The notes under the pieces were generated by a model. It had not been told where the DNA came from. It searched no databases and saw only the letters and a list, made by a program, of their open reading frames with translations. Positions 29,972-39,170 of a DNA stretch of 64,000 nucleotides are shown here, one piece after another. The DNA comes from Alphaproteobacteria bacterium (GTDB taxonomy: Bacteria > Pseudomonadota > Alphaproteobacteria > GCA-2731375): assembly GCA_965232515.1 (NCBI GenBank), contig CBDDPY010000002.1:3008001-3072000 (forward strand), in the 5' to 3' direction. Each line of letters opens with the position of its first letter. The stretch's first letter is position 1. The position numbers and the translations under genes are program-made.

Positions 29972-31057
29972 ATGATGGACATCCAGCTTGAGCGCGTCAG
30001 CATGCGCTTCGGCGATTTCACGGCGGTGCAGGACGCCAACCTCGAGATCAAGGCCGGCGAGTTCTTCTCCTTCCTCGGCCCGTCGGGTTGCGGCAAGACG
30101 ACGATCCTGCGCCTCGTCTCCGGCTTCATCGAGCCGACCGAGGGCGTGGTCAAGATCGGCGGCGAGGACATGCGCGGCATCGGCCCCAACAAGCGGCCGA
30201 CGGCGCTGATCTTCCAGAACCTCGCCCTCTTCCCCCTGATGACGGTGTGGGAGAACATCGCCTACGGCCTGCGCGTGCGCGGCGCCTCGAAAACCGACCA
30301 GCGCCGCCGCGCCGACGAGCTGCTGGACCTGATCGCCTTGCCAGGCCAGGGCGACAAGATGGTCGACGAGCTGTCGGGCGGCCAGAAGCAGCGCGTCGCG
30401 ATCGCCCGGGCGCTCGCCGTCGAGCCCTCGGTGCTGTTGCTCGACGAACCGCTGTCGGCGCTCGACCTGAAGCTGCGCCAGCATATGCGGGCCGAGCTTC
30501 GCGCGATCCAGAAGCGCACCGGCGTCACCTTCATCTACATCACCCACGACCAGGGCGAGGCGCTGACCATGTCCGACCGGGTCGGCGTGATGTCGGACGG
30601 CGTGCTGGAACAGGTCGACGCGCCCAGCGCCGTCTATAACGATCCCGACACCGCCTTCGTCGCCACCTTCGTCGGCGAGAACAACCCCTTCCCTGGCCGC
30701 GTGGTCGAGACGGACGTTGACTACGCCATCGTCGATACCGATTTCGGGCGCCTGCGGGCGCGCAACAAGCGCCGGCTGATCCTCGGCGACGACGCCATCG
30801 TCTTCGCCCGGCCGGAACGCTGCCGCCTCGTCAACGGCGGGCCGCCGGACAATGTCGTCACCTCGACGGTCGACCGGCTCGACCTCGAGGGCTCGTATCT
30901 CAACCTGTTCGTCAAGGGCAGCGGCCGCCGCGACATCGTCGTGCATCTGACCAACAACCAGGACACGACGCATCTTCAGCCCGGGAACCAGGTCGATATC
31001 GGCTTTGACGCCGACGAAGCCGTGGCCCTGCCCCGGGGCGAGATGGCGAAGGAATAG
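29972..31057 (+). CDS. PotA-like ABC ATPase
   Basis: GPSGCGKTT, FQNLALFP, LSGGQKQRVA, LLLDEPLSALD, THDQ, TOBE-like tail. Confidence 0.95.
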   Translation: MMDIQLERVSMRFGDFTAVQDANLEIKAGEFFSFLGPSGCGKTTILRLVSGFIEPTEGVVKIGGEDMRGIGPNKRPTALIFQNLALFPLMTVWENIAYGLRVRGASKTDQRRRADELLDLIALPGQGDKMVDELSGGQKQRVAIARALAVEPSVLLLDEPLSALDLKLRQHMRAELRAIQKRTGVTFIYITHDQGEALTMSDRVGVMSDGVLEQVDAPSAVYNDPDTAFVATFVGENNPFPGRVVETDVDYAIVDTDFGRLRARNKRRLILGDDAIVFARPERCRLVNGGPPDNVVTSTVDRLDLEGSYLNLFVKGSGRRDIVVHLTNNQDTTHLQPGNQVDIGFDADEAVALPRGEMAKE

Positions 31058-31061
31058 CGTC

Positions 31062-32231
31062 ATGACGGCGCTGGCCGATTTCAGCAAGCGCTACGGCGCC
31101 ATCATGACCGCCTATGTGCTGCTGGGTTGCGGCATCTGGCTGATCGGTCTGATCGTGCTGCCGCAGCTCCTGATGATCGAGAAATCGGTGCTCTACACCG
31201 ACCGCGCGGCCACGGCCCTGGTGTCGCAGACCCGGGCGGCGACGGACCGGCTGTTCGTCGAGCAGGGCCGGCTCGAACGCCGGCTGGCGCAGATCGACAA
31301 GGCGCTGGCGGGCGAGGGCGCGCAGAACGGTTCCGGCGGCGCGGCGTCCGGCGCGTTCAGTCCCTTCGGCGCGCGGAACCAGGCCGCAAAGTCGCCCGAC
31401 GAGCTGCGCGCGGAAAAGACAGAGGCAGAGGCCCGGCTTGGCGCGATCACGGCGGAGATCGCGGCCAACGACAAGCTCGTCGCCGAGACGGCGCAGGCCG
31501 CCGAGCCGCGCTACGGCGTCGCCAACTACACCGAGCTGTTCACCAACGACGCCAACCGGCCGATCTTCTGGAAGACCATCTGGGCCTCCATCATGGTGAC
31601 GCTGGTGGCGCTGGTCGTTTGTTACCCCGTCGCCTTCTATCTCGCCAAATCGGCGCCGAAGGAGACGACGGCGCTCTTGATGCTGGCGCTGGTCGTGCCC
31701 TATTGGGTGAACGAGATCCTGCGCACCTTCGCCTGGCTGATGCTGCTGTCCAGCGACGGCATCGTGAATCAGGCCCTGCAGGCGACCGGCCTGGCGTCGG
31801 GGCCGATCGACTGGCGCGACGGCAACGCGGCCGTCCTGATCGGCATGACCTACGCCTACATCCTGTTCATGGTGTTCCCGATCTACAACACCATCGACAC
31901 GCTGGACACGAACCAGGTCGAGGCGGCCCGCGACCTCGGCGCGCCGTGGTGGCTGATCCACTGGACCATCGTCATCCCGCACGCCAAGCCCGGTATCGCC
32001 GTCGGCTGCATCATGACCTTCATGCTCGCCGCCGGTTCCTACGCCGTGCCGGTGATGCTGGGCAGCACGACGTCGAAATGGTTCACCGAGATCATCTACG
32101 ACCAGTTCTACGAGGGCGGCGACTGGAGCCTGGGCTCGGCCTATGCCTTCGTGCTGCTGTTCACCTGCATTGTCTTCATCATGCTGATGATGCGGCTGTT
32201 CAAGGTCAGCCTGCAGGACATCGCGAAGTAG
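31062..32231 (+). CDS. PotB-like ABC permease with a large helical insertion
   Basis: CYPVAFYLA, VPYWVNEILR.FAW, EAARDLGA, PHAKPGI; ~100-aa coiled-coil-like loop after TM1. Confidence 0.9.
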   Translation: MTALADFSKRYGAIMTAYVLLGCGIWLIGLIVLPQLLMIEKSVLYTDRAATALVSQTRAATDRLFVEQGRLERRLAQIDKALAGEGAQNGSGGAASGAFSPFGARNQAAKSPDELRAEKTEAEARLGAITAEIAANDKLVAETAQAAEPRYGVANYTELFTNDANRPIFWKTIWASIMVTLVALVVCYPVAFYLAKSAPKETTALLMLALVVPYWVNEILRTFAWLMLLSSDGIVNQALQATGLASGPIDWRDGNAAVLIGMTYAYILFMVFPIYNTIDTLDTNQVEAARDLGAPWWLIHWTIVIPHAKPGIAVGCIMTFMLAAGSYAVPVMLGSTTSKWFTEIIYDQFYEGGDWSLGSAYAFVLLFTCIVFIMLMMRLFKVSLQDIAK

Positions 32232-32240
32232 GGGCCGGCG

Positions 32241-33449
32241 ATGCGGAGCTTCATTCTCAAATCGCTCGAGCAGATCGCGCCGCTCGGCTATGGCCTCGTC
32301 GTCGTCGCCTGCGCCCTGATCGGGCTCGACCGCGGCCTGTTCGGCTCCGGCTTCCTCGGCTTCATTGCCGGCCTGATGATCGGTGTCCTGATCGCGACGC
32401 TGGTCTTCGGCCTCGCGATCCTGCTCCTCGGTATCTACCGCAACACGACCTACCAGCTCCTGCTGCAGCGCTACGGGCCTGAGGAGGCCGAGCGCATGAT
32501 GTGGCGGGCCGAACAGGCCACCGGCATCCTCAGCATGCCGGCCCAGGGGCTGATGAAGATGGCGACATCGGGCTATCTGATGCTGTTCTTCCTCTACATG
32601 TTCCTGCCGCTGGTGTTCATGGTCGTCGCCGCCTTCAACACGGTCGCGGTGCCGCCGACGGCGATCCCGTTCGAGGGCTTCACGCTGTCCTGGTTCGGCA
32701 AGCTGTTCCAGAACGGCCCGCTCTGGCTGTCCGTGGTCAATTCGCTGATCATCGGCATCGGCGTTGTCGCGCTGTCGCTCGGGCTCGGGCTCGCCGGCGC
32801 TTTGCTGATCACGCGGCTGGATACCGGCGCCCGCACCTTCCTCTATGGCGTCCTGGTCTCGCCGCTGCTGACGCCGGGCATCATCCTCGGCATCTCGACG
32901 CTGGTGTTCTGGAACAATCTCGGCGTCGGCGGCGGCCTGTTCGCCGCGACGCTGGCCCAGAGCACCTTCATCTCGGCCTATTGTATGCTGATGTTCATCG
33001 CGCGGCTGCAGCGCTTCGATCCGGCGCTCGAGGAAGCCGCGCTCGACCTCGGCGCCACCCACCAGCAGGTGTTCCGCTCGATCACCCTGCCGTTCCTGCG
33101 CCCCAGCCTGCTGACGGCCGGCGTCATCGCCTTCCTGCAGTCGTTCGAGAACTTCAACACCACGGTCTTCGCCATCGGCACCGAGACCACGTTGACCATC
33201 AAGCTGGCCGCGCTGGCGCGCAAGACGCCGACGCCGGAGGTCAACGCGCTGGCCTTCATCTTCATTGCGCTCACCGTCGCCGTTGCCGTCGTTTACGAAC
33301 TGAAGCGCCGGGCCGAGAAGGCGCGCGAAGCGGTGATGGCCGAGCAGGCGAAAAGGGCGGATGCGGCCATGGCGGACGAAGAGAACGCCTTCGCGCGGAA
33401 GGACGACGCGGCCGACGGCAAGCTGGCGTCCGAGCCGCAGCCGGCTTGA
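32241..33449 (+). CDS. PotC-like ABC permease with an N-terminal extension
   Basis: FLYMFLPL, GFTLSWF, EEAALDLGA, ITLPFLRP, SFENF, PEVNALA. Confidence 0.9.
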   Translation: MRSFILKSLEQIAPLGYGLVVVACALIGLDRGLFGSGFLGFIAGLMIGVLIATLVFGLAILLLGIYRNTTYQLLLQRYGPEEAERMMWRAEQATGILSMPAQGLMKMATSGYLMLFFLYMFLPLVFMVVAAFNTVAVPPTAIPFEGFTLSWFGKLFQNGPLWLSVVNSLIIGIGVVALSLGLGLAGALLITRLDTGARTFLYGVLVSPLLTPGIILGISTLVFWNNLGVGGGLFAATLAQSTFISAYCMLMFIARLQRFDPALEEAALDLGATHQQVFRSITLPFLRPSLLTAGVIAFLQSFENFNTTVFAIGTETTLTIKLAALARKTPTPEVNALAFIFIALTVAVAVVYELKRRAEKAREAVMAEQAKRADAAMADEENAFARKDDAADGKLASEPQPA

Positions 33450-33454
33450 GCGGC

Positions 33455-34153
33455 ATGCGCATCACCTTCCGCTGCCCGCCCGAGCTGGACGCGCTGCTGC
33501 CCCGGCCGGTGCCGGCCAAGACGGGCCTGCCCGACTGGTTCAAGTCCATGCCGATGCGCGTGTTCGACGACGACCTCGGCGCCGATATCATGACGGTGAA
33601 GAAATGCCCGCCCTTCGTCGATGCCATGGCGCACGGCTTCCTGATGCCGCTGCCCTGCGACATCCGCGTCGCCAACGGGCGTTTCGACTGGGATTGGGAC
33701 CTGCCGCCGACCCTGACCGGCCGCCACACCCGGTCGCCGATGACGCTGCACCTGAACAGCCAGGCCGGCGGCACGCCGCTCTTCGCCGACGATGCCGTTC
33801 TGGTCAAGTTCAATTCGTTCTGGACCGTCGAACTGGCGCCTGGCTGGTCGCTGCTCTGCACGCATCCCGTCAACCGCCCCGACCTGCCGTTCACCAGCCT
33901 GACCGGCCTGGTCGACGCCGACCTCTATGCCGACAATTTCGTGAACTTCGTCGCCACCTGGCGCGATCCGGATTTCCAGGGCGTGCTCGCCAAGGGCACG
34001 CCGGTCGCCCAGTGCATCCCCGTCCGCCGCGAGGAGTTCAGCTACGCCTTCGAGACCCTCGACGGCGCCGCCGCCGAGCGCTTCCGCGCGCTCCGCACCG
34101 ACGTCGACGCCGGCCCCGGCGTCTACCGCAAGGCCCACCGCGTCAGGAAGTAA
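33455..34153 (+). CDS. Hypothetical protein (DUF6065-like, possible dUTPase-like fold)
   Basis: PDWFK, TVKKCPPFVDAM..GF, KFNSFW....PGWS, GLVDAD, KGTPVAQCIP; starts 5 bp after the permease. Confidence 0.7.
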   Translation: MRITFRCPPELDALLPRPVPAKTGLPDWFKSMPMRVFDDDLGADIMTVKKCPPFVDAMAHGFLMPLPCDIRVANGRFDWDWDLPPTLTGRHTRSPMTLHLNSQAGGTPLFADDAVLVKFNSFWTVELAPGWSLLCTHPVNRPDLPFTSLTGLVDADLYADNFVNFVATWRDPDFQGVLAKGTPVAQCIPVRREEFSYAFETLDGAAAERFRALRTDVDAGPGVYRKAHRVRK

Positions 34154-34769
34154 GGCCGAGCGCGCGCTTCATCGCCGCCGGCGACAGCCAGAGACAGCCG
34201 TGCGAGGCGGTCGTCAGGCTCTTGACCGCATCGGCATAGCGCGAACGGTCGAGCTTTACCGCGGCGCGGTAGGCGGCCAGCGCGTCGTCCAGCCGCCGCA
34301 GCTCCTGCAGGCAATAGCCGCGGCCAAGATGGGCATCGGCATCGTCCGGCTCGGCGCCGAGATAGGCCTCGTAGACGGCGAGCGCATCGTCGAAATGGCA
34401 CAGCTCCTGTTCCGCCTGGGCCAGGCCGAACAGCGCCCGCGCATCGTCGGGCGCCCGGTCGAGCGCCGCCAGGTAATCGTCGCGCGCGCCGTCCGCCGCG
34501 CCCGCCGCCAGCCGGCCGTCGGCCCGGCGGCGCAGCGCCGAGGCCAGATTGGCTCGCGCCGCCGCGTCCGACGGTGCCTGTTCCAAGGCCCGGCTCAGGT
34601 CGGCAACGGCGCCGTCCAGGTCGTCCGCCATCAGGCGGCTGAGGCCCCTCAGGGCGAGGGCCGGCGCATGGTCGGGATCGGCTGCCAACACAGGATCGAG
34701 CAGCTCCCGCGCGCCGGCAATGTCGTCGGCGCGCAACCGCGCCAGCGCTTGTGCAAGGGTGTTGGCCAT
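34143..34769 (-). CDS. Tetratricopeptide repeat protein
   Basis: Repeated A...P....A....G TPR pattern. Start uncertain (ORF open to 34826). Confidence 0.8.
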   Translation of the reverse strand: MANTLAQALARLRADDIAGARELLDPVLAADPDHAPALALRGLSRLMADDLDGAVADLSRALEQAPSDAAARANLASALRRRADGRLAAGAADGARDDYLAALDRAPDDARALFGLAQAEQELCHFDDALAVYEAYLGAEPDDADAHLGRGYCLQELRRLDDALAAYRAAVKLDRSRYADAVKSLTTASHGCLWLSPAAMKRALGLTS

Positions 34770-34928
34770 GCCGCGCAGCATAGCGGCCAGGGCCGGTGAC
34801 GGAAACGGCGGCCGGCATGCCTCCATTTTGTCACCCCGTCCGGCCGCACTGCCGCTTTTGAGCCCGCGCCGAACGGGTCTAGGATTGATCTCGCACTTTA
34901 CATAATCAGAAACGAAAGGGCGTCACTC

Positions 34929-36071
34929 ATGGCTATCCCCACCGAGAATGTCGGCTCGTTGCCGCGGCCATCGAAACTTCAGGCCGCCTTCGCGGACTAC
35001 GATGCCGGCAAGATCACCCATGACCAGCTGGTCGCCGAACAGGACGCGGCCTGTCTCGACTCGATCAAACGCATGGAGGCGACGGGTTCGCCGATGGTGA
35101 CCGACGGCGAGCAGCGCGCTTCCAGCTTCGCCACCTACCCGCTGACCGACACGCTGGGCGGCACCGGCCTGGCCGAGCACCTGGCCGCCGACGGCCAGTA
35201 TTTCGCCATCTTCACCGACGGCCATCACCGGCAGCTGCCCCGCCTGACCGGCGGTCCGTTCCGCTACAAGACCTATGCCGCCGACTATCTCAAGAAGGCC
35301 ATCCCCATGGCCACCAAGCCGGTGAAGCAGGCGGTGATCGCGCCGTCCATGCTGGCGCTCTTGTATCCGCTCGACCAGGACGTGCCGGGCTACAAGCGCG
35401 ACCGCTTTCTCGAGGATCTCTGCGACGAGTGCGAGAAGGACATCCGTCAGTGCTTCGACGCCGGCGCCGTGCGCGTCTCGATCGACTTCACCGAAGGCCG
35501 CCTCGCCTGCCGCAACGATCCGAACAATCCCTGGACCGGCCGCGGCATGCTGAACCACTTCATCGAGCTCAACAACAACGTGCTGAACCGCTTCACGGCC
35601 GACGAGCGCCGCAACATCGGCATCCACACCTGCCCCGGCGGCGACTGCGATTCAACGCACAGCGCCGATGTCGACTATGCCGAGCTGCTGCCCAGCATGT
35701 TCAAGATGAACGCCGGCTATTTTCTGATCCAGCTCGCCAGCGAGCCGGACAAGGAACGGGTCTACAAGCTGATCGGCGAGCACAGCCGGGACGACGCCGA
35801 CGGCGTGCCCCAGGTCTGCTTCATCGGCGTCATCAACCCGCAGAACCCGCGCGTCGAGACGCCGAGCGAGATCTGCGACGACCTGTTGCTTGCGTCCGAG
35901 CACATCCCCGTGGCGCGCCTCGGCTCGACCGACGATTGCGGCTTCTCGCCGTTCAGCATCGACGTCAAGCCCAAGCACGGCTCGCCCGACATCGCCCGCG
36001 ACATCGCCTTCGAAAAAATTGCCGCCCGTATCGCCGGCACCAAGATGGCCGCGCAACAGCTCGGCGTCTAG
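34929..36071 (+). CDS. Cobalamin-independent methionine synthase II family (single-domain MetE-like)
   Basis: VGSLPRP, TDGEQ, Zn ligands GIHTCPGG and DDCGF, GVINP...VETP. Confidence 0.88.
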   Translation: MAIPTENVGSLPRPSKLQAAFADYDAGKITHDQLVAEQDAACLDSIKRMEATGSPMVTDGEQRASSFATYPLTDTLGGTGLAEHLAADGQYFAIFTDGHHRQLPRLTGGPFRYKTYAADYLKKAIPMATKPVKQAVIAPSMLALLYPLDQDVPGYKRDRFLEDLCDECEKDIRQCFDAGAVRVSIDFTEGRLACRNDPNNPWTGRGMLNHFIELNNNVLNRFTADERRNIGIHTCPGGDCDSTHSADVDYAELLPSMFKMNAGYFLIQLASEPDKERVYKLIGEHSRDDADGVPQVCFIGVINPQNPRVETPSEICDDLLLASEHIPVARLGSTDDCGFSPFSIDVKPKHGSPDIARDIAFEKIAARIAGTKMAAQQLGV

Positions 36072-36102
36072 ACGCTCGTCAACCGCCGCCGTTGTCAGCC
36101 CG

Positions 36103-36483
36103 CTACCCGCAGGGGAAGCGGGCTTTCAGCGTCGCGATCAGGCCGTCGACGGCGGGCATGTCGCGCTGCTCGAAGTTGTCGTGCGCCCAGCGCATGAAGG
36201 CCCAGCGCACCTCGTCGGCACGGTTGCCCGTTGTCGGCAGACAGACCTTGTCGCGCTCGGCCAGGCCGGCCCGCAGATAGAGGTCGGTGAAGCCGGTGAC
36301 ATACTGCTCGCACTCCATCTCCAGCACCGCCCCGCCGCGCGAGTCGTTGTCGCCCTCGGTGCAGGGCAGCAACAGCTCGCGCACGGAATAGTCCGACACG
36401 TCCTGGGCAGACGCCGCCAGGCCGGCGAACGCGAGACCGGCCGCCAGACCGGCCGCGCAGAGGCGACTTAGAGGTCGTTGCAT
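36103..36483 (-). CDS. Secreted Rap1a/Tai-like small protein
   Basis: Signal peptide; ELLLPC...CEQYVTG...CLP...FPC four-Cys pattern. Confidence 0.75.
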   Translation of the reverse strand: MQRPLSRLCAAGLAAGLAFAGLAASAQDVSDYSVRELLLPCTEGDNDSRGGAVLEMECEQYVTGFTDLYLRAGLAERDKVCLPTTGNRADEVRWAFMRWAHDNFEQRDMPAVDGLIATLKARFPCG

Positions 36484-36508
36484 CGTCCGCTCCTCCCCTC
36501 TCCGATGC

Positions 36509-38881
36509 TCACGGCCGTTCCCGCGAATAGGCCTGGATGGCCTTGGACATCACCGCGCGGTGCTGCTCGTTGTTGACGAAGGCCGGCGTGTTCACCTTGG
36601 CCCAGAGCTTCTCGTCCAGCATATTCTGATGGCAGCCCATGCACAGACCGGTGCGCTCCATCTTCGCCCGCGTCGCCGCCGGCAGCGGGCTGGTTAGCGG
36701 CCAGTGCGAGCCGACCGTCACCAGCTGCTCGTTGTCGCGCGTGACGATCTGCGACAGGTCGTGGTCGAGGTCGGGGATCGCCGGCGACTGCGTCTGGAAC
36801 TGCTTCGGAATGGTCTGGCCCAGGTTGGTCTCCAGATCGACGACGAAGCCCTTGTCGTAGCCCTGCAGGAACCGCCCGTCCTCGATGCCGTAGCCCAGCG
36901 TCTTCGGATTGTTGTGACAGCTCTCGCAGCTCCGCGCCTGGCGCCCGGCCGTGTGCGGCTGCACCGCCGCGTGGTCGAGGCCCTTGCCCTCGGGCGTCAT
37001 CCAGATCTTGTTCTCGACCACGGTGTTGCCGTCCTTGTCGATCACCGTGGTGATGACCTGGCAACCCGGCATCAGCGGACTGACCCGGCCTTCGCCGTTG
37101 ATGCCGAGCGTGGGCGTCTCCCAGCGCAGATAGGACCGCGTCTCGGAGACCTTGCCTTCGCTCTTCAGGCCGTTGGTGCCGAGCGGATAGTCGGCCGACA
37201 GGCCGTTCGCCCCGCGGTCGTTCGCGGTGGTGATCCAGTCGACGTCTGTCTTGTCCTTGGAATAGTCGACCGTGATGTGGCAGCCATAGCACTGCGGCGC
37301 CCAGTCGGCGTGGCAGGCATAGCATTCCATGGTCTCCATGTGCCGGCCGACGGCCGACATCGCCACCATGGCGTTCGGCGACTTCCAGGCATTGTCCTCG
37401 CGCAACTGCTTCAGCACCGGCACGTCGAAGTCGAGCCCGGTGGCCGAGTGCAGGATCACGCGCTTGCCACGCTTGACCACGTTGCCGAACGGGTTGCCGC
37501 GCGCCGTGAGCAGATAGCCGTCCTCGGCCTCGTACTCCGTGGCGAAGTACATGAAGTCCGGCAGCTCGTCGGTCAGGCCACGCGGCGTGTCGCCGATGTC
37601 CATGGCGTGTTCTTCGCCATAGCCCAGCGGCAGCTCCCAGGGGAACTTCGTCACCGTGCCGTGGCAGTCCTCGCACTCGATCTCGACCTGCGCCAGCGTG
37701 GTGCCGAACAGGTTGCCGTCGCCGTGCATGTCGATCGACGTATGGCAGTCCTGGCACAACAGGCCGCCCTGCGGGTTGCCGGCCCGGCTCTGGACCTGGT
37801 GGTGCAGGTCGTCCTTGATAAAGAGATAGTTCTTGGTATGCAGCTTCGGCTGCTTGCCGCCGCCGGCGTTATACGGGCTACCATAGGGGAATTCCATGAT
37901 GCCCTGATAGCTGACGCCGATGCGCTTGCCGCGGTTGTGGCAGGTGTTGCAGGTTTCCGTCGGAATGCCGGAGTATTCGAGCCCGTTGTGCGAGACCTTC
38001 GACTTCCGGGTCGCCTGCATGCGGTGGACCAGCAGATGGCCGGACTGTTCCTTGTTGATGGTCGGATCGCCGCCCTCGTAACGGCCCTCGTTGGAATAGG
38101 GCACGTGGCAGGACGAGCAGCCGGTGCCGCGATAGTCGCCGCGCTTTTCCCGGCCCGACACGCCGACATGGCAGCGCTGGCACTGCTGGCGCGAATAGGT
38201 GATGCCGGCGAGATTGGGATGGGTCGAGATCTGGTTCACGTCGACCGCCGGGACCTGCTTCATCTCGGTCGGCATCTGGTCGGGATGCGCTTCCGCAAAG
38301 GCCGTCATGTATGCCTTGTAGGCGTCAGTGCCGACCGCCGGTTCGATGCCGTCCTCGTCGGTTTGCGTGTAGTTGCCCCAGACCACCTTGCGGTCGGTCT
38401 GCACGCCCCAGGACCAGAGGTTGCCCTGCAGCTTGCCGGCCTCCGTGTTCATCAGCGACTTCAACAACCGCGAGGCATAACCCTGGTGGCACTGGCCGCA
38501 GGTGCGCTCGCCGACGAAGACCGTTCCCGGATCGGGGAAGAACATGTCCGGCCCGTCGTTCTTGGAAAGCTCGGCCGGCGCGCCCTGGTGCGCGGCTTCG
38601 GCCGTGGTGGCGTTCGGGGTGCCGCCGTGGCAGACGACGCAGCCGCCGGGATCGCCGACATCGACGCCCATCAACTCGATGGTTTCCTGCATGGGCCCGT
38701 CGCTGAATCGCTCGATGCCCTCGTGGCAGGACAGGCAGCCCTTCTCGTCGGCCAGCTGTTGCGAGACGTTCGCCGGCGCCGCGGCCTCAACCGTGGCGCT
38801 GCCGCCCGGCCACTCGATCAACGCGGCCGCGGCAAAGACACCCCAAATCCCCCATCGTCCCCATGTCCGGATCAGCCGCAT
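36509..38881 (-). CDS. Multiheme c-type cytochrome (12 CxxCH)
   Basis: Signal-like N-terminus; CLSCH, CVVCH, CGQCH, CQRCH, CSSCH, CNTCH, CQDCH, CEDCH, CYACH, CYGCH, CESCH, CMGCH. Confidence 0.93.
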   Translation of the reverse strand: MRLIRTWGRWGIWGVFAAAALIEWPGGSATVEAAAPANVSQQLADEKGCLSCHEGIERFSDGPMQETIELMGVDVGDPGGCVVCHGGTPNATTAEAAHQGAPAELSKNDGPDMFFPDPGTVFVGERTCGQCHQGYASRLLKSLMNTEAGKLQGNLWSWGVQTDRKVVWGNYTQTDEDGIEPAVGTDAYKAYMTAFAEAHPDQMPTEMKQVPAVDVNQISTHPNLAGITYSRQQCQRCHVGVSGREKRGDYRGTGCSSCHVPYSNEGRYEGGDPTINKEQSGHLLVHRMQATRKSKVSHNGLEYSGIPTETCNTCHNRGKRIGVSYQGIMEFPYGSPYNAGGGKQPKLHTKNYLFIKDDLHHQVQSRAGNPQGGLLCQDCHTSIDMHGDGNLFGTTLAQVEIECEDCHGTVTKFPWELPLGYGEEHAMDIGDTPRGLTDELPDFMYFATEYEAEDGYLLTARGNPFGNVVKRGKRVILHSATGLDFDVPVLKQLREDNAWKSPNAMVAMSAVGRHMETMECYACHADWAPQCYGCHITVDYSKDKTDVDWITTANDRGANGLSADYPLGTNGLKSEGKVSETRSYLRWETPTLGINGEGRVSPLMPGCQVITTVIDKDGNTVVENKIWMTPEGKGLDHAAVQPHTAGRQARSCESCHNNPKTLGYGIEDGRFLQGYDKGFVVDLETNLGQTIPKQFQTQSPAIPDLDHDLSQIVTRDNEQLVTVGSHWPLTSPLPAATRAKMERTGLCMGCHQNMLDEKLWAKVNTPAFVNNEQHRAVMSKAIQAYSRERP

Positions 38882-39170
38882 AATACGCCCTCCCTGATGC
38901 CGTCCCGGGGTCCGCGTCGCCGCCCTCCAACATCCCCTTTGGAGCACCGCGCGCGGGATATGTAGGGGGAATCTTAGCCGAAGAACCGAATTTGTTTCTA
39001 CCAAGCGCTTGGCTTGGTTATTCCGAGTTAATTGGCGGGTCTTGTTTCAGTTTTGTGATGCATCGTTTGGCGGAAAGCCGGGAAAAGGCAGCCGAACATC
39101 GCCCAATCCTCTGGCGGGGACCGAACAATATCCGAGTCATCTACTGTGTTAATTGCAGCCGCAGCCGGCA

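Noticed and set aside
36103-36483. Type VI secretion effector-immunity locus
   Set aside because: No amidase effector, vgrG/PAAR or T6SS genes in the window.
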